A DNA stretch of 64,000 nucleotides from contig CM059432.1 of assembly GCA_030390025.1 (NCBI GenBank), positions 11,036,001 through 11,100,000 of the forward strand, read 5' to 3'. The translations under genes were made by a program, and so were the position numbers. Numbering within the stretch: the first letter of the stretch is position 1; each line of letters opens with the position of its first letter. Below, in pieces: positions 36,125 through 49,397 of this stretch. The stretch comes from Squalus acanthias (Eukaryota). The notes under the pieces were generated by a model. That model was not told the origin of the DNA. It ran no database searches and saw only the letters and a list, made by a program, of their open reading frames with translations.

Positions 36125-36600
36125 TGATGCTCCATGGGATGGGAGGGTTGCACTATGAGGAGAGATTCAGTAGAATAGGCCTATATTCTCTGGAGTTTCG
36201 AAGAATGCGAGGTGATCTCATTGAAATGTATAAAATTCTTCAAGGGCTTGACTGGGTAGATGCTAAGAGGCTGTTTTCCCTGGCTGGAGAGTCTAGAACT
36301 AAGGGTCACAGTCTCAGGATATGGAGTCGGCCATTTAGGACTGAGATGAAGAGAAATTTCTTCACTCCGAGGGTTGTAAAGATTTGGAATTCTCTGCCCC
36401 AGAGGGCTGTGGATGCTTGGTTGTTGAGTATATTCAAGACTGGGATCAATAGCTTTTTGGACAGTAAGGGAATCAAGGGACATGGGGATAGGCTGGGAAA
36501 GTGAAGTTGAGGTAGAAGATCAGCAGTGATCTTATGAATGGTGGAGCCGGTTCGAGTGGCCGTATGGCCTACTCCTGCTCCTATTTCTTATGTTCTTATG
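36125..36600 (+). mobile_element. CR1 LINE 3' fragment
   Basis: GLYSLEFRRMRGDLIEMYKIL...WNSLP followed by a (ttcttatg)n tail. Confidence 0.9.
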
Positions 36601-38052
36601 CAGGCCTGAACCACCACTGGTTACTACACTATATTTTAGTATATTATTTGTGGTGGTTGAAGGAATTGAGGAAAAAATACTGGATTACTTACAAGTAGGG
36701 ATGATCTTCCTTATTATTTGAAACATATTCAACATCCACAGAAAACACTTGCCATATGCCATTCATTTCTTTTTCTCACCTGAGGGCTGAGTGAACCTGC
36801 TTATTTTGTGTTTCACGGTTGTCACTGCTTTTACAGCACTTGCGCTACCTCGTCCAGTCTGTGATATGAAGTCCCATGTCTTTTGTTTTTTTTCTAAATA
36901 AACTGGGTTAATTTTGGTAAGTGTAGGGAGGGGGTGGACACTGCACTCTGAGTGGGGCTCCTCTGATGTCAAGCCTACTCTGCCCTCCATGTCTTCTACG
37001 GTTCAGTAAATGAACTGCTTGCAGTGTCATAGCTGTTTGTGAAGATGGCATGACATTTAGTCTCGGTAGTAGTGTTTGGCACATGGAACATCATCTGAGC
37101 TGCACACTTGTAATTTATTATTGTGAAATTGCTTATCCTTCACATACAAATAGGGAAGTGAGAGAAAATGCTGGTCATCCTCAGGAATTCCATGTAATTT
37201 TTACTTTTTCTCATTCCACGCTATATATACCAAGTAAAGGTCACCCACTATCCTGATTTGGACATGCAACACACAGTACCGACATCATTGCTGGGTCAAA
37301 CTCCTGCAATTTCTGCCCGACATCATAGTGGAAGCACCATCAACACAAGGAAAGCAGTGGTGAATGGCGCAGGCTCCCCACCAGTCGCTGCCTTCTCGGG
37401 CAGTAAGGGAATAAAAATGTACCTTTTGCCAATGTTGTTCCCCTGCCTGAGCAAATAAAAAATACAGACTTTGAATTTGCATCTCAGTTGTTTCTGTCAG
37501 CAGCAGTTCTGCAGAACTTGTTTTTCTGCTTGTTGTTATTCTGATAGAAGTCCGACTCTGGCCACCGCAGCAGCAGAGACCAGGTTTAAAAGTTCAACGT
37601 CATGCTATTCGCGCTCCGGCATTAGCGATCCACCACTTTTGCTTGTTGTCTTTCCACATTCTAATAACATACCATAGTCCATTGCATTGTAGTGGTTATT
37701 CCCAACTCTGAGTAGGCTTGTTGTGAACGGTTGAAATGTTAAGAATTATTCTGGAAGAAAGGATGGTGTTTGCCTCAAGATTAGTAACTACATAGCTCGT
37801 ATCTGAGAATGGAAACTCTGTGTAGTGTCCATGACTTCCCCGGTTGAAATTTTCAGATTAGCCTACCCCATTTGTGGATAGAGAATGAGCTACATTCATA
37901 GAATATACAGAGTCTAATCAGATTTTTTTTTTCTAAAATTATGAATTGGTACAGAATGAGTTCTGCTGCTCCTGAAACCCAAGCATGCAGAAATATTGAT
38001 TGGTGTTAAACATGCACATTCTAATGAAACAACTTCTTATGATCTCTTGTAG

Positions 38053-38172
38053 TTGCCGATTATCTTTATGCCTCGAGGGAAGGGAGACTATGCTCAGTTC
38101 TGGGATCTGGAATGCCGTCTGGCTGCAGAGCCACATATGAAGCACAAGATTCAGTTTCAACTACATGGAGTG
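38053..38172 (+). CDS. CEP192: CEP192 coding exon 15 in window
   Basis: ttgtag|TTG acceptor, GTG|gtaagt donor. Reads LPIIFMPRGRGDYAQFWDLECRLAAEPHMKHKIQFQLHGV. Confidence 0.95.
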
Positions 38173-40102
38173 GTAAGTGCTAACTATAGTTTTAGCTTCC
38201 TCTTGTACAGTCTTAATTTACCTTAAAAACTGAAGCAACTGAGTGGTTCAGTCACTGCAACACTATTCTTTTTGGACCAACATTTACATTTCTACTTTTG
38301 AGTGGGAGAGCATGATGAGTATGGGTTAGATGAGTGGGTAGTTATGTGGAACATTCAGTTTAACAAAGATAAATGTGAAGTGGTACATTCTGCGGAAAAG
38401 AACAGAAAATAGAAATATACCCCATGTGGTAAAATTCTCAGTGGAGTGGAGAACAAAGAGACCGAGGGGTGCAGATACTTGGATCTTTCAAAGCAGGACT
38501 GCAGGTGGAAAATCCAAAAAACAATAAATGGATTTCTAGGATTAATAAGTTGGGCACAGAATAAAAAAAACAAAATTATGGATCCATACAAGACATTCCT
38601 TAGGCAACTATTGGAGTATTGTGGCAAAAATACCGTTGTAAGATTGGCTGAATAATTGTATATTGATGCTAAGGAACAAGAGAGTATCTCAGGAAGGTAT
38701 TCCCAAACATGATGGGATGTCAATCAGTTGCCCTCTTCAATATATCATGGTTGCATTCTTCACTGTTGGCCATCTGCATACTGTTGGGAAGGCAGCATCT
38801 ACTGGGAGTGTTGGTAAAACTATAGTTGACTGGAAAGAGTGTGTAATAATTGATGGATGATGCTTGTTTTTGGCTGTTTGTTGTGAATGTTTCAATTTCA
38901 CACTGCTTCCACAACCGACTGTCCCACATGTAGCCTTCAGCTTGGAGTGCAGAGCAAACTGAGGCAACGTTTCCCCCCCCCCCCCGCCCCCCACCAAGGT
39001 GCATGGCCGCGCATGCTGCTCACCAGCTGTTGACGCTGGAAAAGATACCGCGCATGCATGGCTGTGCAGCAAATTTAAAGGGACCACGCGCAAGAAAAAA
39101 AAAATTAGAAGGAACATTGATCTGCAGCATAAACTTTTCATTAGTGTGCGTCAGTGATCAGCCTATAAGAGGGTGTTCCGTGGTCTTCATAGAATCATAG
39201 AAAGTTACAGCACGGAAGGAAGCCATTTCGGCCCATTGTGTCCGCGCCGGCCAACAAAGAGCTATCCAGCCTAATCCCACTTTCCAGCTCTTGGTCTGTA
39301 GCCCTGCAGGTTAGAGCATCCCAAGTGCACATCCAAGTACTTTGTAAATGTGGTTAGGGTTCCTGCCTCTATCACCCTTTCAGGCAGCGAGTTCCAGACC
39401 CCCACAGCCCTCTGGGTGCAGAAATTTCCCCTCAAATCCCCTCTAAACCTTCCACCAATTATTTTAAATCTGTGCCCCCTGGTTTTTGACCCCTCTGCTA
39501 AAGGAAATAGGCCCTTTCTATCCACTTTATCTATGCCCCTCATAATTTTATACACCTCTAAGTTCTCCCCTCAGCCTCCTCTGTTCCAAGGAAAACAGAC
39601 CCAGCCTATCCAGTCTTTCCTCATAGCTAAGATTCTCCACTCCCGGCAACATCCTTGTAAATCTCCTCTGTACCGTCTCTAGTGCAATCACATCTTTCCT
39701 GTAATGTGGTGACCAGAACTGCACGCAGTACTCTAGCTGAGGCCAAACTAGTGTTTTATACAGTTGAAGCATAACCCCCTGCTCTTGTATTCTATGCCAC
39801 GGCTAATAAAGGCAAGCATTTCGTATGCCTTCTTAACCACCTTATCTGCCTGGCCTGCTACCTTCAGGGATCTGTGGACATGCACTCCAAGGTCACTTTG
39901 TTCCTCTACACTACTCAGTGTCCTACCATTTAATATGTATTCCCTTTCCTTGTTAGCCCTCCCCAAATGCATTACCTCACACTTCTCCGGATTGAATTCC
40001 ATTTGCCACTGTTCTGCCCACCTGACCAATTTATTGATATCTTCCTGCAGTCTACAGCTTCCTTCTTCAGTATCAACCACACAGCCGATTTTAGTATCAT
40101 CT

Positions 40103-42293
40103 ACGATGGTATGAGGTGCGAGTTGGGTCGGATTGATTGGAGAATGTCACTCAAAGGGTTGACGGTGGATAGGCAATGGCAAACATTCAAAGATCGCATG
40201 AATGAACTACAGAATTTGTTCATCCCAGTTTGGCATAAAAATAAAACAAAAAAGGTGACTCAACCGTGGCTAACGAGGGAAATTAGGGATAGCATAAGAT
40301 CCAAGGAGAGGACATATAAATTGGCCAGAAAAAGCAGAAAACCTGAGGATTGGGAGCAGAATAGGATTCAGCAAAGAAGGACAAAGGGATTAATTAAGAG
40401 GGGGAAAATAGAGTATGAGAGTAAGCTTGCAGGGAACATAAAAACTGACTGTAAAAGCTTTTATAGATATGTGAAGAGAAAAAAATTGGTGAAGTCAAGC
40501 GTAGGTCCCTTACAGTCAGAATCAGGGGAATTTATAATGGGGAACAAAGAAATGGCAGACCAATTAAATACATACTTTGTGTCCTCCTTTGTGAAGACAG
40601 AACCAAATAACCTCCCAGAGATGTCGGGGAACATAGGGTCGAATGAGAGGGAGGAATTGAATGAAATCAGTATTGTTAGGGAAATTGACGGGATTGAAGG
40701 CCGATAAATCCCCAGGACTTGATAATCTACATTCTAGGGTACTTAAGGAAGTGGCCCTAGAAATAGTAGATGCATTGCTGGTCATCTTCCAAAATTCTAT
40801 AGACTCTGGAACAGTACCCATGGATTGGAGGGTAGCTAATGTTACCCCACTATTCAAAAAAGGTGGCAGAGAGAAAACGGGGAATGAAAGACCAGTAAGC
40901 CTGACATCGGTAGTGGGGAAAATACTAGAGTCCATTATAAAAGATGTAATAGCAGAGCACTTGGAAAACAGTGACAGGATCGGACAAAGTCAACATGGAT
41001 TTACAAAAGGTAAATCGTGCTTGACTAATCTACTGGAAGTTTTTGAGGATGTAACTGGTAAAATAGATAAGGGAGAACCAGTGGATGTGGTGTATTTGGA
41101 CTTTCAGAAGGCTTTCGATAAGGTCCCGCAGAAGAGATTAGCGTGTAAAGTTAAGGCACCTGGGATTGGGGGCAAGGTGTTGACTTGGATAGAGAACTGG
41201 TTGGCAGACAGAAAGCAAAGAGTTGGAATAAACGGGTCTTTTTCCAAGTGGCAGGCAGTGACTAGTGGGGTACCGCAGGGATCGGTCCTAGGACCCCAGC
41301 TATTCACAATATATATTAATGATCTAGACGAGGGAATTGGATGTAATATCTCCAAGTTTGCAGACGACACAAAGCTGGGTGGGCGTGTGTGCCGTGAGGA
41401 GGATGCCGAGAAACTCCAGTATGATTTGGACAGGTTGGGTGATTGGGCAGAAGAATGGCATCTGCAATATAATGTGGATAAATGCGAGGTTATCCACTTT
41501 GGTGTCAAAAGCAGGAAGGCAGATTATTATCTGAATGGCAATAGATTGGGAGAAGGGAAAGTGCAACGAGACATGGGTGTCCTTGTGCACCAGTCGCTGA
41601 AGGTAAGCATGCAGGTGCAGCAGGCGGTTAAGAAGGCAAATGGTATGTTGGCCTTCATAGCGAGAGGATTCGAGTACAGGAGCAAGGATGTCTTGCTGCA
41701 GTTGTACAGAGCCTTGGTGAGACCACACCTTGAGTATTGTGTGCAGTTTTGGTCGCCTTATCTGAGGAAGGATGTTCTTGCCATGGAGGGAGTGCAGCGA
41801 AGATTCACCAGGCTGATACCTGGGATGGCAGGAATGATGTATGAGGAGAGATTGGGTTGATTGGGCTTATACTCGCTGGAGTTTCGAAGAATGAGAGGGG
41901 ATCTCATTGAAACTTATAAAATTCTAACAGGACTAGACAGACTAGATGCAGGAAGGATGTTCCCGATGGCCGGGGAGTCCAGAACCAGGGGTCACAGTCT
42001 AAGGATAAGGGGTAAGCCATTTAGGACTGAGATGAGGAGGAATTTCTTCACCCAGAGAGTGGTGAACCTGTGGAATTCTCTACCACAGAAGGCAGTGGAG
42101 GCCAATTCATTAAATATATTCAAGAAGGAGTTAGATATATTTCTTAAAGCTAAAGGGATCAAGGGATATGGCGAGAAGGCAGGGACAGGGTACTGAATTT
42201 GGATGATCAGCCATGATCTCATTGAATGGCGGAGCAGGCTCAAGGGGCTGAATGGCCTACTCCTGCTCCTATCTTCTATGTATGTTTCTATGT
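40103..42293 (+). mobile_element. 5'-truncated CR1 LINE nested in the antisense CR1
   Basis: RT ORF 40661-41860 (LDFQKAFDKVP, GVPQGSVLGP, FADDTKL) and a tatgtttctatgt tail. Flanked by ATCT duplication (40099-40102, 42294-42297), which restores host gtatcatctgcaaac. Confidence 0.92.
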
Positions 42294-44368
42294 ATCTGCA
42301 AACTTCTTAATCATACCCCCTATATTCAAGTCAAGATCGTTGATATATACCATAAAAAGCAAGGGACCTAGTACTGAGCCCTACGGAACACCACTGGAAA
42401 CAGCCTTCCAGTCACACAAACACCCATCAACCATTACCCTCTGCTTCCTGTCTCCGAGCCAGTTTTGAATCCAACTTGACATTTTGCCCTGGATCCCATG
42501 GGCTTTTAACTTTGTGACCAGTCTGCCATGTGGAACCTTATCAAAAGCCTTGCTAAAGTCCATATACACTACATCAAACGCTCTACCCTCCTTATTACCT
42601 CCTCAAAATTCAATCAAGTTTGTCAGACACGATTTTCCCTTAACAAATCCTTGCTGACTATCCTTGATTAATCCGTGTCTTTCTAAATGAAGATTTATCC
42701 TGTCCTTCAGAATTCTTTCCAATAATTTTCCCACCACCGAGGTTAGGCTGACTGGCCTGTAATTACTTGGTCGATCCTTTTCTCCCTTTTTAAACAAGGG
42801 TACCACATTAGCAGTCCTCTGGCACTACACCTGAAGCCAGAGAGGATTGAAAAATGATGGTCAGGGCCTCTGCAATTTCCTCTTTTGCTTCGCTTAACAG
42901 CCTGGGATATATTTCATCCGGGCCTGGGGATTTATCCACTTTTAAAGCTGCTAAACCCCTTAATACTTCCTCTCTCACTATGTTTATTTCATCTAATATT
43001 TCACACTCCTCCCCCCTGATAGCAATGTCTGCTTTGCCCCTCTCCTTTGTGAAAACAGACGCAAAGTATTCATTAAGAACCCTACCGACGTCTCCCGCCT
43101 CCACACACACATTACCCTCATGATCTCTAATAGGCCCTACCCTTTCTTTAGTTATCCTCTTACTCTTAATGTATTTATAAAACATCTTTGGGTTTTCCTT
43201 TATTTTACTTGCCAAGAATTTTTCATGCTCTCTCTTTGCTTTCCTAATATCCTTTTTAATTGTACCCCTTTCTGTACTCCTCTAAAGATTCTGGAGTATT
43301 TAGCCCTCGGTATCTGTCATACGCCTCCCTTTTTTTCTTTATCCTACCCTGTATGTCCCTAGACATCCAGGGGGCTCTAGATTTGTTAGTCCCACCTTTT
43401 TTCTTTAAGGGCACATGTTTGGTCTGAACCCTCCGGATCTCCTCCTTGAATGCCTCCCACTACTCTGACACTGATTTACCTTCAAGTAGCTGTTTCCAGT
43501 CCATTATGGCTAAATCCCCTCTGAGCTTAGCAAAATTTGCTTTTCTCCAATTTAGAATTTTTATTCCTGTCCTTTTCCATAACTACCTTAAATCTAACTG
43601 AATTATGGTCACTAGCACCAAAATGCTCCACCACTGATATACCTTCTACCTGCCCAGCTTCATTCCCTAAAACTAAGTCCAGAACTGCCCCCTCCCTTGT
43701 TGGGCTTGCTACATACTGGCTAAAAAAGTTCTCCTGGATGCATTTTAGGAATTCCGCACCCTCTATACCCTTCACTAATTTTATCCCAGTTAATATTGGG
43801 GTAGTTGAAATCCCCTACTATTACTGCCCTATAGTTTTTGCACTGTTCAGAAATTTGTCTACATATTTGTTCTTCTATCTCCCTCTCACTGTTTAGGGGT
43901 CTGTAGTACACTCCCAGCAGTGTGATCGCCCCTTTTTTGTTTTTCAATTCAACCCATATGGCCTCGTTTGATGATCCCTCCAACATATCATCCCTCCTCA
44001 CAGCTGTAATAGTTTCTTTAATCAATACCGTGACCCCCCTCCCTTTTTTACCTCCCTCTCTATCCCGTCTGAAAATCCTGTAACCAGGAATGTTGAGCTG
44101 CCATACCTGCCCTTCTCTCAGCCACGTCTCTAATAGCTATAATATCATAGTCCCAAGTATCTACCTGTGCCCTCAGCTCATCTGCCTTGTTTGCTATACT
44201 CCTTGCATTGAAGTATATACCATTTAGTACAGGCAAACCTCCTTGTTGACTACTATCTAGCCCTTGATTCCTCTGTCCTTCCAATTTACTTTCTGTTTTT
44301 GTTTTCCAATTCTACTTTTTCTTCCCTCCCTATTGACTCTATACTTAGGTTCCCATCCCCCTGCCAAG

Positions 44369-45348
44369 CTAGTTTAAACCCTCCCCAACAGCACTAGCAA
44401 ACCCTCCCGTGAGGATATTGGTCCCGTTCCCGTTGAGGTGCAACCCGTCTGGCTTGTAGAGGTCCCACCTCCCCCAGAAACGGTTCCAATTCCTCAGGAA
44501 TCTAAAGCCCTCCCTCCTACACCATCTCTCCAGCCACGCATTCATCTGCTCTGTCTTCCTATTTCTGTACTTACTAGCACGTGGCACTGGTAGTAATCCG
44601 GAGATTACTACCTTTTGAGGTCCTGCTTTTTAACCTCTTTCCTAGCTCCCTGAACGCTGCCTGCAGGACCTCATTCCCTCTTCCTACCTATGTCGTTGGT
44701 ACTGATATGGACCACGACCTCTGGCTGTTCACTTTCCCCCCTCAGAATGCCCTGCAGCCGTTCAGTGACATCCTTGACCCTGGAACCAGGGAGGCAACAT
44801 ACCATCCTGGAGTCACGTCTGCGGCCGCAGAAACGCCTGTCTGCTCCCCTAACTATTGAATTCCCGATCACTATTGCTCTCCCTCTCCTCTCTCTTCCCC
44901 CCCCCCCCCCCCCCCCCGCCCCGGCCACCTGTGCAGCTGAGCCTTCCATGGTGCTGTGGACTTGGCTCTGGGTGCACTTCCCAGAGGAACCATTGCTCTC
45001 ACCAGTACTCAGCCCCGAATACTGGTTGGTGAGCAAGATGGGCCCAGGGGACTCCTGCACGACCTGCCTGGTGGTCCTCTTCTATCTGATGGTCACCCAT
45101 TCCCTCTCTGCCTGCACACTCTTAAGCTGCGGGGTGACCACCTCCCGAAACGTGCTAGCCACGTAGCTCTCAGCCTCGTGGATGCACAGCAGTGACTGCA
45201 GCCGCCGCTCAAGCTCCATAACCCGGTGCTCGAGCTGCTGTAGCTGGCGACACTTCCCGCACATGTGGTCGTCCAGACCACGGGAGGTGTCCAGGACTTC
45301 CCACATGGCACAGGATGTGCATTCCACAGGTGTGAGCTGCCCTGCCAT
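44369..45348 (-). pseudogene. CR1 ORF1p (zinc-finger/leucine-zipper plus SGNH esterase), disrupted
   Basis: CxxC...CxxC, heptad LQQLEHRVMELERRL, esterase blocks VIGNSIVRG (GDS-like), STND and DGLHLN. Broken by stops and frameshifts. Confidence 0.85.
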
Positions 45349-45373
45349 ACCTCTAATTAACAGACACCCTAGT

Positions 45374-46240
45374 CCACTCCTCTACCACCCCCAGCAGCCC
45401 TTCCCCTTCGCCCGGCACCTTCCCGTGCACGCGCAGGAGATGCAGCACATGCCCTTATACCTCCCCTCTTCCCACTGTCCAGGGCCCCAAACACCCCTTC
45501 CAGGTGAAACAGCGATTTACTTGTACTTCCTGCAATTTAGTATACTGTATTCGCTGCTCACGATGTGGTCTCCTCTACATTGGGGAGACCAAACGCAGAT
45601 TGGGTGACCGCTTTGCGGAACACCTCCGTTCAGTCCGTAAGGGGGACCCCGAGCTCCCGGTCGCCTGTCACTTTAATTCACCGCTTCACTCCCACTCTAA
45701 CCTCACCGTCCTCGGCCTATTACACTGTTCCACGGAAGCGCAGCGTAAGCTCGAGGAACAGCACCTCATCTTTCGTTTAGGCACGCTACAGCCCTCTGGA
45801 CTCCATATTGAGTTCAACAATTTTAGATCATAACCTCAGCTCCAATCACATTTATATTTTATTTTTTCCACCCTTTTATTTGCCCCCCCCCCACCCTTTT
45901 TTTTCCTCCTAGAAGCTGGCAGCTGTCCTTCATTCTGCCAGTGGATTTCACACTTCTTTCAGCCTTAATCTGTCACATTAACACCACCTCTAGCCTTGCA
46001 TATCTCTTAATGTCTCTTCATCTCCCCCTTTGTTCCTTTATCCCCTCCCCCCTTTTCCCAGCTTTACCCTGGCCTTAAATCTATTTGATTTCCGGCTCTT
46101 CCCAGTTCTGACGAAAGGTCATCGACCTGAAACGTTAACTCTTTCTCTCTCCACAGATGTTGTCTGGCCCGCTGAGTTTTTCCAGCGTTTTCTGTTGTTA
46201 TTTCGGATTTCCAGCATCCGCAGTATTTTGCTATCGTATT
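45374..46240 (+). mobile_element. Penelope-like element 3' part with GIY-YIG endonuclease
   Basis: ORF 45504-45833 NLVYCIRCSRCGLLYIGETKRRLGDRFAEHLR...EQHLIFRLGTLQPSGL, followed by a terminal repeat with hammerhead core. Confidence 0.9.
46104..46140 (+). ncRNA. Minimal hammerhead ribozyme motif (PLE type)
   Basis: AGTT-CTGACGA-A-AGGTC-atc-GACCT-GAA-ACGT-T-AACT: stem I AGTT/AACT, CUGANGA core, stem II, GAAA, palindromic ACGU. Confidence 0.65.
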
Positions 46241-46442
46241 TAATAACATAGCTGGAATAAACTTAAAAACTTTAAGAAAGCCAAGTAAAAACACTTACCA
46301 GGTACTCACCAATCAGCTCCCTCTTTTTGAAAGTTTAGTTTTTAATCCCGGCTCTTAATTTAAACCAATGCCCAAGATAAAGAGAGAAATACTGACCAAC
46401 CAATCACTTTCCTGTGACGTCACGCCTTGTTTTTGTTGTCAG

Positions 46443-46608
46443 GTCCGCGGCCTCCTCTCTCGGGCCTCGCTCTGCCGCGCTCTTTATATCCTCAGGCTCC
46501 GCTCTCGCTCCCTCTCAAGTCCGCTGCCTCCACTCTTGGGCCTCGCTCTGCCGCGCTCTTTATATCCTCAGGCTCCACTCTCGCTCCCTCTCTGGTCCGC
46601 TGTCTCCA
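46443..46608. repeat. 76-bp tandem repeat (~2.2 copies) at the CR1 5' end
   Basis: gtccgc recurs at 46443, 46519 and 46595. Each full unit contains ctttatatcc (TATAAA on the - strand). Confidence 0.9.
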
Positions 46609-47024
46609 AGTTCATCCAAAAAGTAGCGCAGCTCTCCTAAAGACTTAAAATTTCCTTCTTTTTCCCCAACCTCCACCACCATAACAGTTAAATCAGAGTT
46701 TTGAACTTGTCACTTTTTGGTCTCCAGTGGGGGAAGTGCAGGAGAAAATGGTGAACGTTCTAAAACAACCAATACGTTGCTTGTCACTTCAGCATTGGCC
46801 TGAGTAGTTCAGAGATGGCAAAATGCCTGTTGAATTGATGTAAAAACTGAATGTAAAAAGGAAATGATGGATTAAATATATAATGGGGTGGGTGGAGAAG
46901 ACGAATGGATAAAGGACTCCAATATTGTCTGTCCTTATACAAGGTTCAATGCTGATATGATTGGCATTTTTTGTATGTTTCATTGCTAACACTTATGTAA
47001 CAAACACAACTCTTCTTCCTTCAG

Positions 47025-47137
47025 GGGACAAAACCTAAAGTGAGCTCCAAAGAAACTGATTCATCCACAGAACTGGTGAAAACTGAAGCAGCAGTGAAAG
47101 CAAGGAAATCTGTATCCGAAAGATTAACTAAAACTAG
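47025..47137 (+). CDS. CEP192: CEP192 coding exon 16 in window (divergent linker)
   Basis: cttcag|GGG acceptor, AG|gtcagt donor. Open 113-nt frame GTKPKVSSKETDSSTELVKTEAAVKARKSVSERLTKT bridges phase 0 to phase 2 between its neighbours. Confidence 0.8.
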
Positions 47138-49397
47138 GTCAGTAGGAAATGTTTACAGTGAACCATTAAATCAGTGTAAGACTTTGTCTCTGTTACATTA
47201 AAGCTTTTTTTTATTGTTGGGGAGTTGCCAGCTTCCTGTTATTTCCTTCAATCTTGAAAGTGTTGCTTTCTTGCTGAGTTATGGTTCCTTGGGCACCAAA
47301 TGCTGTCATGAACCTTGCCCGAGTGTGCGTTGAGTCATCTGTTCAGTGTGGGCATTGCAGCCAATTCTGATCTTGTCCTTGCCTGACATCAATCAACCAC
47401 ATTTTCTTCTCCTTCCCCACGCCCCCTCCCCCAAACATTGAGGCAAATGAGAGCTCCCTGAATGCTAACTTTGTGTACTGGGTCTTGAACCTGGTATGTC
47501 TGGCTCAGTTACTCATTGTCTCCCCAAGGGTTCAGTGAGATTAATCATTCAGGTTTTTGATTGTGGCCAGATTTAGCAAACCTATACTTATAGAAACAAT
47601 TAGCTGAACTGGTGTTGGATCAATGCTGCAGGACATTCCAAAGTGGTGTAAAGCCTATCTGTAAATAATGACCTAGGTCAGAGAAATATCATGTGCCTGA
47701 ATGCAAAATTTCAGAGGCAGAATGTAGGAAGGATTAAAGCCTATATTCAAAACAACCAAACCGGTTGAATCCAATAAAGAGCCGTGTGCACATTCCTCTG
47801 CCTCTGTACTCATATGATGGCTTAGTGTCACCGCTTTCCCCGAATAATTGTAACAATCACCGTGAAGCCTATTATTAGAGAAGGCTTCTCTCTTCATTCA
47901 CGGAGATGTGGCTGAGAATTTCAGAGTGCTGCTGCCAAGGATCTATAAGTTTTTGCATTCCCAGGCCATTAAAATGGTTCTATTGGGCCAGGAAAACCTT
48001 TGCTACTCCCACTATTTCCAAATGGACAGGAGAGGCTTTCGCTCTCTTCTGATCCAAAAGGTTTTTGAACACCTTCATTTTGAAGAAAAAATATTAGAAG
48101 GTAAAATTACCACAGATAATTATGTTGTATGTTTGGTTAATTGGCTGGTGGTCCTTAACTGCAAGGGTACGTATTTTCATACTGGTGTCCAGAAATCTGC
48201 AAAAGGTACTTGGACCCAGAAAATTCTCTTTTTATATATTCGTTTATGGGATGTGGGCATCACTGGCATGGCCAGCATTTATTGCCCATCCCTAGTTGCA
48301 CTTGAGAAGGTGGTGGTGAGCCGCCGCTTTGAACCGCTGCAGTCCCTGTGGTGAAGATACTCCCACAGTGCTGTTAGGTAGGGAGTTCCAGGATTTTGAC
48401 CCAGCGACGATGAAGGATCAGCGATATACTTCTAAGTCAGGATGGTGTGAGACTTGGAGGTGGTGGTGTTCCCATGTGCTTGCTGCCCTTGTCCCTCTAG
48501 GTGGTAGAGGTCACGGGTTTGGGAGGTGCTGCCGAAGAAGTTTTGGTGAGTTGCTGCAGTGCATCTTGTAGGTGGTACACACTGCAGCCACGGTACGCCG
48601 GTGGTGGAGGGAGTGCATGGTTTAGGTGGTGGATAGGGTGCCAATCAAGCAGGCTATTTGTCCTGGATGCTGTTGAGCTTCTTGAGTGTTGTTGGAGCTG
48701 CACTCATCCAGGCAAGTGGAGAGTATTCCATCACACTCCTTACTTGTGCCTTGTAGATGGTGGAAAGGATTTGGGGAGCCAGGAGGTGAGACCCTCGCCG
48801 CAGAATACCCAGCCTCTGACCTGCTCTTGTTGCCACAGTATTTATGTGGCTGGTCCAGTTAAGTTTCTGGTCAATGGTGACGCCCCCCCCAGGATGTTGA
48901 TGATGGGGGGATTCGGTGATGGTAATGCCGTTGAATGTCAAGGGGCATTGGTTAGACTCTCGTTTGTTGGAGATAGTCATTGCCTGGCACTTGTGTGGCG
49001 CGAATGTTACCTGCCACTTATCAGCCTAAGCCTGAACATCGTCCAAGTCTTGTTGCATGCGGGCATGGACTGCTTCATTATCTAAGGAGTTGTGAATGGC
49101 ACTGAACACTGTGCAGTCATCATCCCCATTTCTGACCTTATGTTGGAGGGAAGGTCATTGATGAAGCAGCTGAAGATGGTTGGGCCTAGGACACTGCCCT
49201 GAGGAACTCCTGCCGCGATGTCCTGGGGCTGTGATGATTGACCTTCAACCACCACAACCATCTTCATTTGTGCTAGGTATGACTCCAGCCAGCGGAGAGT
49301 TTTTGCCCTGATTCCCATTGACTTCAGTTTTACTAGGGCTCCTTGATGCCACACTCTGTCAAATGCTGCTTTGATGTCTAGGGCAGTCACTCTCACC

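Larger units (their letters stand above)
39188..46640 (-). mobile_element. Near-full-length CR1 LINE, antisense to CEP192, interrupted by two nested insertions
   Basis: 3' tail at 39188, fragmented APE-RT ORF2 (YFNARSIANK, VYYRP, IVGDFNYP, FSKAFDKVPH), ORF1 at 44369-45348, CpG-rich 5' region to ~46640 (5' boundary approximate). Confidence 0.9.

Noticed and set aside
40661..41860. Longest ORF in the window (399 aa) as a host or domesticated gene
   Set aside because: It is the RT part of a 5'-truncated CR1, with a frameshift upstream and a stop before the C-terminus.
46443..46608. Tandem repeats as a CRISPR-like array
   Set aside because: No unique spacers, eukaryotic context, and the repeats belong to the LINE 5' region.
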